Part shown: positions 43,101 to 54,054 of the stretch, in pieces
Numbering within the stretch: position 1 is the stretch's first letter
Layout: every line of letters begins with the position of its first letter
Source: Entomortierella parvispora E1425
Taxonomy: Eukaryota; Fungi; Mortierellomycota
NCBI GenBank assembly: GCA_020891255.1
Contig: BQFW01000008.1
Location: 2,976,001 to 3,040,000 of the forward strand
Length of the DNA stretch: 64,000 nt
Direction of reading: 5' to 3'
Translations under genes and position numbers: made by a program
The notes under the pieces: generated by a model
Told to the model about the DNA's origin: nothing
Database searches by the model: none
Seen by the model: only the letters and a program-made list of their open reading frames with translations

Positions 43101-45546
43101 TCGATCGATGCTAGAGTACTATTACTCGTGCCTGATTTTCGATCCAAGAGGCAACGTACCGCATCTGGATCTCGAAACCTGTCTTGATTCGATCGAGAGC
43201 CCGTTACCAGTCATAAACCATCCTCTTGGTCAAACCAGTATAGTGTCGGAGCATTCAATCCTCGATTTTTTAGCTGAGCGTGTTCAACACAACCAAGTAT
43301 TCAATGGCCAACTTCAAAGCATCTTGCAGCTCTCCAAGACTGAGACGAAAATAAGCCGAGCATCGGCCAATGCCATTACCATTTTGATCCGAGCAAGAGA
43401 ACGGTTCAATGGTGCAGATCTGAGAGGAATCCGAATTCCTGGAGCAGATCTGAGCTATGGCGACTTTGATTCAGCTCAACTCCAAGGCTCGGATTTGAGA
43501 GGCGCCATCCTTCGAAACGTCTGGATGCGTCAGGCAGACTTGAGCGATTCACTGATGGAAAGAGTCACATTTGGACAATTGCCTTATCTACACGTGGAAG
43601 TTGTTCTGAGATCCTGCATTTTCTCGCCCGACGGAAACTACTTGGCTGTTGGTCTCGATGATGGTGGAGTCAGCATATACGATACGTTAACTTGGGACAA
43701 AATTAACTTGGAAGGACAAACCGATTCCTTCAAGACTCACTGCTCTACTATAAGTGGCCATGACGGCGCGGTCACCTCTTTGGCATTTTCACCCAACGGT
43801 CGACGAATTGTTTCTGGAGGCGACGACAAGATGGTGCGACTTTGGGATGCCTATACTGGTGATCTTGAATCGCTCTTGAGTGGGCATGCGGACGGAGTTA
43901 ACTCTGTCGCCTTTTCACCCAATGGGGACCAGATTGCCTCCGCCAGTGACGACGAGACTGTACGGGTTTGGGATGCTCAGATTGGCTCTCTTGTTTCAAC
44001 TTTGACTGGCCACACCGAACGTGTCACCTCTTTGGCCTATTCTCCCACAGGAAAGCATATTGTCTCGGGCAGCGACGATACTACCGTGCGATTGTGGGAT
44101 GCACAGACAGGCACCCTGATATCTATCCTGAGCAGTCATACAGCGGAAGTTAACTCTGTGGCGTTTTCACCCAACGGCCAGCAGATCGCCTCGAGCGGAT
44201 CTGACGAAACACTGCGATTGTGGGATGCACAGACTGGTACACTGAGCTTCACATTGAGTGGTCACAGTAGAGCGGTTGGATCCGTGGCGTACTCGCCCAA
44301 CGGGCAACTGGTGGTCACAAGTGGTGATGACAAGACTGTGAGGCTTTGGGACTCACAAGCTGGAGATCTTTGTTCGACACTGAATGGCCACACTAGATCT
44401 GTCAACTGTGTGGCGTATTCACCCAACGGTCAGCTAATCGCCTCTGCTGGTGTGGACGGCACTGTACGACTATGGGATGCTCAGAAAGGGGCCGATGGTT
44501 CCATTTGGAGTGGCCATTCCGATATCGTGGCTTCTGTGGCGTGCTCACCCAACGGCCAGCAAGTCGTGTCAGGCAGTTGGGATGGAACCGTGCAAGTTTG
44601 GGATGCAGAGACAGGCGTTTTTGGTTCGACTTTGAGAGGCCATGCTACCCTTGTGAATTCTGTGTCGTTCTCGCATTGCGGCCACCGGATCGTCTCATGC
44701 AGCGCCGATCACAGCGTTCGATTTTGGGACGTGGAGACTGGCGGTCTGATTTCTACCCTGAAAGGTATTGTTGTCGTAGAATCCGTGGTCTTCTCACCCA
44801 GTGGCCTCCAGATTGCCTGCGGTACTTTCGGCTCTGTGCTACTGTTGGATGCCAAGACGGGCGATCTTTGCTTCAGCTTGGAAGGTCACTCTGAACTAGT
44901 GACCTCTCTGTGTTATTCTCCCAGTGGCCAGCAGATTGCTTCCGGCAGTAAAGACAAGACTGTGCGACTATGGGATGTGGAGACTGCGAGTTTGACTCTC
45001 TCCTTGGATGGCCATGCAGGAACTGTGCGCTCTGTGACGTATTCACCCAACGGCCAGCAGATCGCCTCGGGTGCAGACAAGCTGGTGCGACTGTGGGATG
45101 TCCACACTGGAACTCTGTGTGTGACCTTGAGCGGCCATACAAGGACCATTGCCTCTGTGGCGTATTCACCCAACGGCCGTCTGCTCGCTTCAGGAGGTTA
45201 TGACGACACTGTGCGGCTTTGGGACTTGGATTCAGGTCAATGTCTAGTCCTATTGGAGGGTTTCCAAGAGGTTGTCAGCAGCATTGTGTGGAAGACTGGT
45301 CTTGGGACCCCCTGCTTTGCAGTCGGCAATTGGGACAAGTCTGTTCGGATGTGGAAGGTGGTTGAGGGGGACAACAAGAACGTTCAGGCGTGTCTGAACT
45401 GGCGATCCAGTCCCCACACTCTTGTGTTGACTAAAGCATGCATCGAAAGAGTACGGGGCTTGAGTGGGATGAACTTGCGTTTATTGAAGCAGTTGGGAGC
45501 TGTCGGGGTAGCCGGGCGCAAAGAATCAAGAATGGCGGGATCGTAA
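40108..45546 (+). CDS. NLR-like STAND protein 2: ARM-like domain, NACHT, pentapeptide repeats, ~14 WD40 (1812 aa, intronless)
   Basis: ATG 40108 (MASLQKTP) matches copy 1. Walker A GDSGAGKS at 42061-42084 and Walker B ICDGYDE; same architecture as 26973-32384. Confidence 0.95.
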   Translation: MASLQKTPLLSSQSSPQDSLPRSPPVGTAHIISSGPRSWTTLASAPVLSQTDVYFTSVQGCRSAYNLTTGISLSSSKTRGTSTTSSFPAKILSVVAAGSSEKSTTNAEALMDHDHVRSASHPRVDISKDWRLSEGGLSPITTPHPTPTTINSTVINSTDILRKHVAIPVPGHDEPIEDTAQLVYCIRLLNKKHGIPDSLLPSSSSTGLSPSTHESDYEAWVQYMESNPLEKAHLYSVVKRMVSKFVEGPTWETDSLREVVHIGPLLDKDHHRELVRIVLQGFQRSTSLDINVLHGLVQLVRDGPSDSCVPEDMVRTLAYIRERLKKTVGEDTEDTVYLTRAATILLTTLSTCQSKDQSKDQYHVGHEQWFKVLSSLRKHKSSPIRFQARYAGQILISASDQRTLDGDPDLSRRARRISRLLRRPQESYGKKQWFLDVQRAKGLARSRRCTDLFLLIHQGPNVHDTNFQWHACQILGELAVDPSCDDDTRHQAITLIHEYAKASGTIKSGPVIRRWALTILRHISELSVASMPAGSFDPQAIYNEAIMENPPSLICGRGARSMKPFDIAHPLTSNLPPPSASPLLNKVNTDPDIEFAIDRLLRQRSRVYERCAIYIQLLSKHSLRASEDVLVELQERTKNFLESKSQVLLVLGDSGAGKSTFGLRLENELWAAYKAGGPIPLFIDLKTIDAPDKDMVHQHLEDMGLFTEQQIEDMRQTRLFILICDGYDEYQKWTNLHTRNQFNRPRQWQAKMIVNCRTQYLGPNYRNYFEPETAAVDNSNFSHSSDLFEEAVIVPFRITQINEYIELFTQAPKTMECLGEETEWSTEQYMERLKSITHLMELAKNPFMLKMILDVLPTIAKTTIKMTRVELYDRFVELHFESEQRRLKAQHSSGKMDNGTISAFTSLENEELIALGLDFSKQLSLHIFKELKGLNSVTYSVMQDSGSWKDAFFGSDAQARLLRQSAQLVCRENRQDARHLVRHKVRPSRKPNSYEFSHRSMLEYYYSCLIFDPRGNVPHLDLETCLDSIESPLPVINHPLGQTSIVSEHSILDFLAERVQHNQVFNGQLQSILQLSKTETKISRASANAITILIRARERFNGADLRGIRIPGADLSYGDFDSAQLQGSDLRGAILRNVWMRQADLSDSLMERVTFGQLPYLHVEVVLRSCIFSPDGNYLAVGLDDGGVSIYDTLTWDKINLEGQTDSFKTHCSTISGHDGAVTSLAFSPNGRRIVSGGDDKMVRLWDAYTGDLESLLSGHADGVNSVAFSPNGDQIASASDDETVRVWDAQIGSLVSTLTGHTERVTSLAYSPTGKHIVSGSDDTTVRLWDAQTGTLISILSSHTAEVNSVAFSPNGQQIASSGSDETLRLWDAQTGTLSFTLSGHSRAVGSVAYSPNGQLVVTSGDDKTVRLWDSQAGDLCSTLNGHTRSVNCVAYSPNGQLIASAGVDGTVRLWDAQKGADGSIWSGHSDIVASVACSPNGQQVVSGSWDGTVQVWDAETGVFGSTLRGHATLVNSVSFSHCGHRIVSCSADHSVRFWDVETGGLISTLKGIVVVESVVFSPSGLQIACGTFGSVLLLDAKTGDLCFSLEGHSELVTSLCYSPSGQQIASGSKDKTVRLWDVETASLTLSLDGHAGTVRSVTYSPNGQQIASGADKLVRLWDVHTGTLCVTLSGHTRTIASVAYSPNGRLLASGGYDDTVRLWDLDSGQCLVLLEGFQEVVSSIVWKTGLGTPCFAVGNWDKSVRMWKVVEGDNKNVQACLNWRSSPHTLVLTKACIERVRGLSGMNLRLLKQLGAVGVAGRKESRMAGS

Positions 45547-45726
45547 TAGATAGTAAATCGATGCAACCAATATAAAAAGAACATGCTCAAATAGTGGAGT
45601 GCGGATGATGCGAGTGCAGCCAGACTGCATCCATGCCTATGAAGAGCGTGAACAATGTGGAGGTCAAAACACATTTATGAAAAAAAAAAAAAGATCAAGT
45701 GAGGGAATAACTCTTTATTAGAAGAG

Positions 45727-48439
45727 TCAGCGGCCGGAATGGCGATGGCCAGCACGTCCATCTCGACTACGTGACCGATGTCTAGACCTGTTGGAGTGTC
45801 TCCTTGGTGAGCGTGATCTTGATCTCGTACGCGATCGTGAGCGACCATAGCTTCGTCGTCTGTCGCCAGTCCTATCTCTGGATCGACTTCTGCTCCTGCT
45901 CCTGCTCCTGGATCGCCGCCCTGAGTGTCTAGGGCGTCGATCTCCCCTTTCTGCACTGCGGCTTCTACTGCGGCGGTGATGATGACGACTGTAGCCACTA
46001 CCACGGCTCCTCCTTGGACTGGCGCTCCTGCTTCTCTTACGATCGCGACTCCTACTACGACTTTTGCTTCTGCCCCTGCTTCTGCTTCGGCTCTTGCTTC
46101 TACTACGACTGCGGCTACGGCTCTTCCTTCTGTCCTCTCTACTCTTTTTGGGTTCATTCTCTTTGGATCCACTCGTTCTGCTAGGGCTAGAAGAGGACGT
46201 GACAGGGCCACTGCTCGACAAAACATCATAGTCCACGTCCACATTAGCCGTCGTAAAATCGATCCCCTTTTCTTTGGCTTGACGCTTCAGTTCCTGAGAT
46301 TTAACTGCGGGATTGACCAAAAAAAAAAAAAAAAAAAAAAAAGAGAGAATCCATTAGTATGTCAAGGACAAAATAATCAACACCATGCATCTACTCCACG
46401 CTTTTGTTCCTTACTCGATTGGTCAAGCCCTTGTCGCATCCGCTGTTTGAGTTTTTCCGCTAGGCTCATCTTTGTCGGACTGGCAGTTACAGGTTTGATT
46501 CCCAAAATTTTCGCAGAGGCCGGTGATACGGGCGGTAACTTTTTTGTTTCTGCTGCTTTGGGAGGTGGGTTGAAATCCATCGGGTCCTCAGCCATTCCTG
46601 TCATAAAAGGTAAACTGTCCCGAACTGGCGACTCTGATCCTGATCGAGAAGAGCTAGTCATGACCAAAAGCGAAAACGGGGTGTAAGTCTCTGTAGTACC
46701 CCCGTACAGGCATTGGATCTTCCTCGAAAGCTTCCAGTTATAACGTACCTCCGACTGTATGGCTCATAACTGGGACTGGATCGACGGTGAGGTGAGTTGG
46801 ATCTTCCACGACGTCTCCGACGCTTATTCTGACCCCCTCCGTCTCGTCTCCATGAGTTGTCTATTCCTTCGATCTCAGATACCTTGAGAGGCTTCTTTCC
46901 TGCCATTGCGCGTTCAAGATTCTGCATTGAAATTTAAAATAAAAAAAAAAAATAAAAAAAAGGTGAGTCTCAACTGCCGTATCAACGGTAAAGAAGCTGC
47001 AAAAAAAAAAAGAAAAAAAAAAAAACTCACCACTGCCGTCATTTTCAGATGATTGACCCGTGCGACCTGTTCCTGCTGGGCTCTTCTCAGCATTCGAAAG
47101 TAGTCGTCAATCTGATACTCCTTGCCCAACGAGTCCAAGAAATCTCTGTCGCGTGGCGTCAACTCATCCAGATGATCCAAAATATTGTCCTCTTCCAAAG
47201 CAGTAAGTTCCACATCCGCAAGAGCTCCCGTTGTCCCCTGATCTCCCGCTGCCTCGGGGGGTGTGGTGCCATAGTTGAATGCAAAAGATGGACGAGGCTC
47301 AATTTTATCCTTTTGTCTATTGAGGAGTAGGCAATCAAAGAGTCAGTCTCTCACAGAGGTCCTTTATCGCAACATCCAATATATCGTCGGATTACTCGGA
47401 AGGGTTCCTTACTTTTCTGAAGTTTTGCCAATAAGAGCATGATGTCTGGCCACAAGATCATTCCACTCTTCCTCGTTCTCTGCAAGGCACTGCTCCTCTG
47501 AGACTAATAAATCATAGATAGAAAACACTGTCAACAATCGCTCCTCGAGTTTGTGAAGCCATCCATCCGGTCAGCCTGGGTGCGATCTCGATGGAAAAGA
47601 ACCAAAAAAAGGGAAAGTACCATGTAGCCGCATCTTGTCCACTAGATCAAACCAGCGTTCGAATCGCAGTTCATTCCCGATGCCATCCTCATCCCGCTCG
47701 ATACGCAGTCCAGATTCGACCGTGGCAAAGTTGTCAGTCGGCAAAAAGTCTAGCAACGCACGGCCATCAAATCGGTCGATCCTGACTGAGGGGTCGCTGG
47801 GCCATGGCATACTAAAACGAAAAAAGGGGTATTCACTGAGTATGTCGCCTCTGGTGCATCTGTTGTGTCTAATCTAAGCATAACCTACAGGTTCTTGGGA
47901 TCCTCGTTGAACGCGTAGCTCTCTGCACTGGTGACTAGATGCAAAAAAAAAAAAGAGATACGACTCAGCAATCGGCGAAACGGATTCCTCTCATCAGCAT
48001 CTTGCTTGCGCAAAGTCGAATAAACTCCATTCTTACCTAGTTTTGTAGCTGATCCAGAAACACGCAAGAGCTGCATTGGGTCCCCGAGCTATTTTTGATC
48101 CGCATAGACGAACAAGGTGGCGTTAGTCTGCATTCAGTCGTGATATTTTTCTCCACCCAGGCTCAAAAGGGACCACTGCTTGTACTTACCCGAGAGTCAT
48201 AATAAGCCTTTCGTCGTTGCGCTCGCCGCCTCGCATTTTCCAACATCTCCTTGACGCGCTTTTCTTCCTTGGCAACACTAAAAAAAGGGGGGACAAAGGC
48301 CATGGAATCCATTGTTCAGTCGAAATGGAGGCATCCTTGACAAAAAAGACAATGGTAGATCTGCTGCAAAAAGGTTCATCCATCCTCCAGCTCTTCCTCT
48401 CTGCTAATCCAGCGTGTACCAGTCCTACGTTTTCCACAT
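45727..48439 (-). CDS. CLASRP: CLK4-associating serine/arginine-rich protein-like splicing factor (SWAP/DRY_EERY N-terminus, RS-rich C-terminus), multi-exon
   Basis: Spliced N-terminus MWKT|VAKEEKRVKEMLENARRRAQRRKAYYDSR|LGDPMQLLRVSG (exons 48439-48429, 48277-48190, ...), MPWPSDPSVRIDRFDGRALLDF, LRFERWFDLV, EKLKQRMRQGLD, and a final exon of RS dipeptide repeats ending at TGA 45727. Some internal exon borders were not individually verified. Confidence 0.85.
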
Positions 48440-48777
48440 GATGGGGGCGAATGGAATGTCGTCCTATTTGCTCCTGATGTTTTCTTGTTCCAGAGGATTG
48501 AATGAACAGATGCAAATCGGGCACCGTCGTAAAAATGTGGGAATGTCACATGACCAAATTCGACGCGTCGATTTTTTTTTTTTTTTTTTTGGTTTTTGTT
48601 CCTGTTCTGTCCCCGAAGGTGCACGCAGAAGACCAAACTGTCAATGGTCATCGTTGAGAAGACGTCTAGGTAGAATTAATATATATTCTGGAGGGCGCTT
48701 GTTTATTTGTTCGTGAGGAAAGGAGTGTCGTTTTTTGTAATAGGCATTAGTTCTTTAGACATTGGAGTGCATTCACT

Positions 48778-51700
48778 TCAAACACCTCCGAGGAGCCATT
48801 CGACCACGCGGTCCTCATCATCGTCATCGTCCGCAACGACCACCTCCTTGGTCTTTTCAGCAGTGACCGTGACCCACTGCAACTGCTTCAAGGGCTGCTG
48901 TGGCTCATCTGCATCCATGGCTGTCGAGGTCGAAGTGGATGTTGAGGAACGCTTGATCTCCTTGGCTGTTTGACCATCCACTTCTCCCGCAACCACGACC
49001 GAGGAGGCACCAACGCCAGCCTTACTCTCCTGATTCTCTTCAGCATTTAGGAATGAAACCGGATCGGTCTGAACTCCACGTTCGCGACCTTCTACCATCT
49101 TGGCCATAGCCGCATGGAAGATCGTGTCCAGCATCCGCATCGACGCCTCAAAGTTACCGGCTGCAAACAGCTTTTGGCGGATCAAGACAAAATCTGTGGG
49201 TGTCAGGGGAATAATTTGAGTCGTGGGCACGGGTGTCGTAGGTGTCTGAGGACGGTCATCCTGTTGACGACGGAGATTCTCCTTGGAGTGACCCTTACGG
49301 AGCGTCTTCTTCTTTGTCACACCAGTCTCGGTAGTGGCTGGTTGGGATTCAGCAGAGGCAACTTCGCTGAGAGCAGGGATCTCTTTGGATTTGTTGCGAC
49401 CCAATTTCTTGGATTGAGTGGGGTTGGCAAGTCGTTCCAGCCGTCTCGCTTCCCGCTTCTGAATCCGGAGCTGCTGCAGGTAAATTCTGCGGTCCTGACC
49501 CTCTTCGTCGTCATTATCTTCGAGATCATCCGAGTCTTCCGTCTCATCCTCATCCTCGTCCGCATCGGCATCAACACCATCGGCCTCTTCATCATCATAG
49601 GCAGCGGTGGAGGCAGCGGCAGAGACCAGGTCGACGTATTCGTCACCCTTGACCAAATCGGCGGGGGTGATCTCTGCAGCCAATGGGTCCTGTTGTTCAA
49701 GTTGTCGGAGGCTCTCTTCTGAAAGCGACTCGTGCCGTTGAACAGCCAAGCCCTCGACCATCGACTCTGTGACTGTTCTCCTCTTCATCTTCTTTGCATC
49801 CTTGATCTCTTCCTCCTCATCGTCGTCCTCGTCCTGGGTATCATTATTAAGGTTATCGACCAAACTGACTGTCGACGAGTATGGCATCAGAACCGACTTG
49901 GCGGACATGAAGCTCTCGTGCTTTCTTCTCCTGTTCGATCCATCCTCATCATCCTCTTCATCCTCCTCGTCCTCGTCCTCATCCTCAGAATCTTCCAGAT
50001 CCGAGTAGTGCCACTTCTCAGGAGGAGCAATGCCCTGAGTCATGTCATCCTCATCGTACTCGTAATCTTCATCGTCCTCCTCTTCGTCGGACTCGTAGTC
50101 ACCATCCTCATTCTCGAGGCGCATACTCTGGCGATGACGCTGACGAGAGAGACGATCCATGGCCTGCGCGGCCTCGTCTACAAAGATGGAATGACGGTTG
50201 GCGGCTCCGTTGGTGGTCGAGGGAGCACGCATTACTGGTGTGACATAGGTAACCTCCACTTCAGAGTCCTCCTCTTCTTCTCCCTGGGCCTTGACAACTT
50301 CATCTTCTTGAGGGGCAGCAGCGGCCACCGTAGCGGGCATCTGCTTCTCCTTGACGACAATGGAATCGCGCTCGAACCGTTGGTTGTCAGAGGATGGGGG
50401 AGTGACCATCTGCAGTTGTTGTTGCTGTTGCTGCTGCAATTGTTGCTTGGAAGCCGCCGCCGCTGCTGTGAGAGTCCTCGTGGTAGCTGAGGGCAAACGG
50501 TCCTTGAATCCACTGTCCATCTCAGGCGAAGTGGCAGGCGACAACATCTGCTTCTTGCCAGTCTGTCTTGCTTCCTCATCTTCGCTTCCAGCATCACTTG
50601 AAGAAGACGAAGCAGCAACCAACAAATCGTGGATCGTCGTTTCCTCTTCTTGCTCCTGGATAGGAGTGGTGGTCTCCTTGACCTTGAGTCCCTCTGCCTT
50701 GATTGGCGAAGAGTTCTTCGGAGAATCTCCACCGCTCGAGCTCAAATCCGCAAGGCTGGACCGAACAGATGAACTCCGATCCTGTTGATAGAAGGGGTTG
50801 GCACGGATTGTTCCTTCCAGGGAGATACGGTTGGGGTTGTTCTGGTTCAACAAATGCTCATGAGGCTTGAATCCAGGAACGGGTGCCTGAGCAGTCTTGT
50901 GAAGTCGCTCCTGCATATGGCTGACCTTTCCGTACATGATCAAGCTGGTGCTGCTGCTTCCAGGACTGATATCCGAACCATTGGTGGTGATCCTAGTATG
51001 CGATGAAATAGAGTTGGATAATGGAGAAGGCGCAAGGATGCTGCCAGGCACTGGGGGCTGTCCATCCAATTGGTTATTGCGGAGCTGATGGTGGTGTGGC
51101 GTAGAGTTGTTCTGGAGGGGCGAGCTGGGTCTTGGAGAGCTGGGTCGAAGACCAGGGGATGCAGGACGAGGAGAGACAGGGCGAGGAGACAAGGGCCTCG
51201 GCAATCCAGCCTCGAGTCCTGTTCTGGACTCGAAATTTGCGTTCGCGGCCCCAGTATGGATGGTGCCAGCAAAAGCTGGCTTTGTAGGAGAGGATATGTC
51301 ATGGTTCAAGGACGCCGTTCTGGAAGGAATGGGGAAGCCATTTGGATCTGCAGGACTCATAGGGCGCTGGTTGTGAACAGGGGAGGAAACAGGAGAGTGT
51401 TGACCGTTGCCGTTCATACTCATTCCATGCATGTTCAGTGGTGGGGGAGTAGGCGCGCTCGAATTGTTACTGTGGTGTTGCCCGTGAGCAGGAGGCATAG
51501 GGAATCCAGCCAGATCCCGGTTGTTTTGGGGAATGTGGCCCTGATGTTGCTGCTGTTGTTGCTGTTGATGTTGCTGTTGCTGTTGCATGCCTCGGTTGTT
51601 TGGGGTCGTAGTCTGCTGTCCATACTGCTGCAAATCCGAGTAGTAGGAAGAATTCAAGGAGACTGGAGACATTTGCTGCTGGGGCTGACCTGTGATGGTG

Positions 51701-54054
51701 AAGCTTCTAGGCGATGTTGGAGTTGTGCTGATAGGTGCAGGCGCATTGTGGTTGCTATTGCTGCTGCTGTTGTGGCTCACATTGCTGGCTGTGCTGCCGT
51801 TATTACTATCCATTGAAGTCCGTTGCATCGAGTTACGTCCTAAGCGACCCATAAAGCTCTTGATTGGATTCTCCTTCTTCCCGCCCGTGGTATCAAAGGA
51901 CATGGTCGCAGGGCTAGGAGGCTGCTGCTCTGTACTCGTCTTTTCGGAGAAAGAGGGAGAAGGAGATGTGTTGCCCAAGAAATGAACGAGATCGTTCGTT
52001 GCCTGAGTCGTAGCCTTCAAGCTGCCATCGCCATGCCTTGAAGAGCCGGTTGGGGACGTGGGGCTGCGACTTTGGTTGGGTGATGGAGGAGAGGTGATGG
52101 AGGAATTGGCACCCGAGGCGGTCGAGAGCGTCATATTGGATCCAAAAGTCGAAGTCGAGGTGCGCTCCATGCTGGGATGCTGTTGTTGTTGGAGGTGCTT
52201 GTCAGAGCCTGCAATACCAAGTCCATGGAACTCTTGTTGTTGATGATGATGCTGGGCTGTGGGGCGACCCTGTTGTTGCTGTCTCAGTTGCATCTGCTGC
52301 ATCGGTGACATAGGAGGATCCTGAGGAGATGCACCAGCGGCGGCCGCTGCTTGGACCGTTTGAGCCTGCTTCTTCAAAATGGGCTGAGAAACACCAAAAC
52401 TGGCAGGGATCGCTGGCATCTTTGGTGGCACATTCGAAGGATCATTGGCGCCTGATGTTCCGGCATGACTGCCCTTACGTCCCGAAGGGCCGCCAGTGGC
52501 CGCTCCTTTGTCGCCATGACTGGGTCGACGACCGTGACTCTTGGCACCATCCTTACCGCCGAGAACAGAAGCAGCGCGAGACGAGGATCGAGAGGCAACG
52601 GCACCCATACCGCCGGCAGTCTTCTTGTGGACTTCAATGGTACGGAGACGGTTGGGTGTTAGAGAGACCTTCATAGTCTCTCCGGAGCTGAACAGCATTT
52701 CGAAATCATTCTTCTTTTTCTGTTTGTTTTCTTCATCCTACATTGAAAAAGAGCAAAAAAAAATGAAAGGGTTATTTTCAATTCAAGCCAGACGAGGTAA
52801 GGAAAACAATAGAGAGGCCCCGGGTATACATACTGGAGGCTCGTCCCAGTCGCCAAACTGGGGTCTATTTGGATCTATGGCGACATCGTCCTCAATATCG
52901 GTGGGCAGTTGTACGTCCAGCTTTGGTTTGTCTGCATTTCCCAATCGCAACTGTTTTCCCCAACTGCCCGAACGCTTGACTGTTGCCGGCGTCTGATCCT
53001 CGGCTATTTACAAGATCCGTGATATACTAACATTAGGAAGAGTAGATAGGCGGGACGTCTTCTGGAGACATATGAAAAGGTACGACAGCCCACTTACGTT
53101 TCGAACCAGTTCCTGGCATGATCAACGAGTTCCTGAATCGCTTCTGCAGTTGACTCTTTAGAATCATAATCTCAAAGATGCTTTCAATCTGTCGATCTTC
53201 CAGCAGGGCCACATAGACCTCACGGACTGTGACCATGTCGGCGTGATCCTGTCGATCGGCTATTTGGGACGCCACTTGAAGCACATACTCGGCGACATGC
53301 TCCAGAACTGCTGTCACATAGATGGCAATCAGGGTTGGGACGACCACCACGCCATTCGAACTAGGGTTGCCTGCAGGACTGCCGAGACGCTCACCCAGCT
53401 TGCTGTAATATTGACATTTGGCTCGGAACTGCTCAAAGACCTGCTCGACCCGAGTCTCGTCTGAATCCTGATTGAACATGGCACTCGTTCCCGAGATACC
53501 GTTCTGGTTGGTCAAGTGGTTGCTGGTATCCTTGCCACCCATGTCCAGGTATGACTTTGCCTCCAGCTCGGCTTCTACGATTGCATTCTTGCCGAGAGCT
53601 GTGGGGAAGGTTTGGTAGACGGCAGCCTTGATGCGGGAGGTCTCGAGTCCCTTGGCCGTGTCGATGAGAATAAAGAGAAGCTCATCCAGGAAGGCGTTCA
53701 GGGCCTGGAGACCATCTGTGGAGATGATATAGGATGATGCGTCCGAGAGGATGGCATTGGCAAACTTTTGGGCGATATAGCGCACCTCTACAGGATTGGA
53801 TCGAACAAAAAGAAGAAACGGGGGTATGGTTAGTTTTTGTCCATCATTGACATCCCGACTGGATTCTTTTCTTGTCATTCGGAGAATTGACGAGTTGTTG
53901 ATTGGGCCAACAGGAAACTGGGGGGTTGGACAGCCAACCCGCACTTGCCCACGGGCGGAAAACGCGTCCGCCCTGACCCTGCAGGGGTGAACACCTCGGT
54001 CGATCGTGATTGAACAGAATGAGCATATTTGTTACCTTTCCTCTTTTCCGACAT
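48778..54054 (-). CDS. Large protein (~1612 aa) with an N-terminal histone-fold-like region and a long disordered Q/S/P-rich and D/E-rich C-terminus; 4 exons
   Basis: Exons 54054-54036, 53787-53098, 53003-52834, 52737-48778 are GT-AG and in phase. They join the 303-aa and 1306-aa ORF-track pieces. AIYVTAVLEHVAEYVLQVA...VTVREVYVALLEDRQIESIF resembles an H2A/SOS-type fold; DFEMLFSSGETMKVSLTPNRL follows. Confidence 0.8.

Larger units (their letters stand above)
34695..45530 (+). repeat. Segmental duplication, copy 2 (~10.8 kb)
   Basis: Direct repeat of 21770-32400. It carries ~210 bp (~35390-35600) absent from copy 1. Confidence 0.95.

Noticed and set aside
45925-52676. Long plus-strand ORFs (45925-46686, 49114-49722, 49732-50490, 51070-51816 and others)
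   Set aside because: Antisense shadows of low-complexity RS-, E/D- and Q-rich coding exons on the minus strand.
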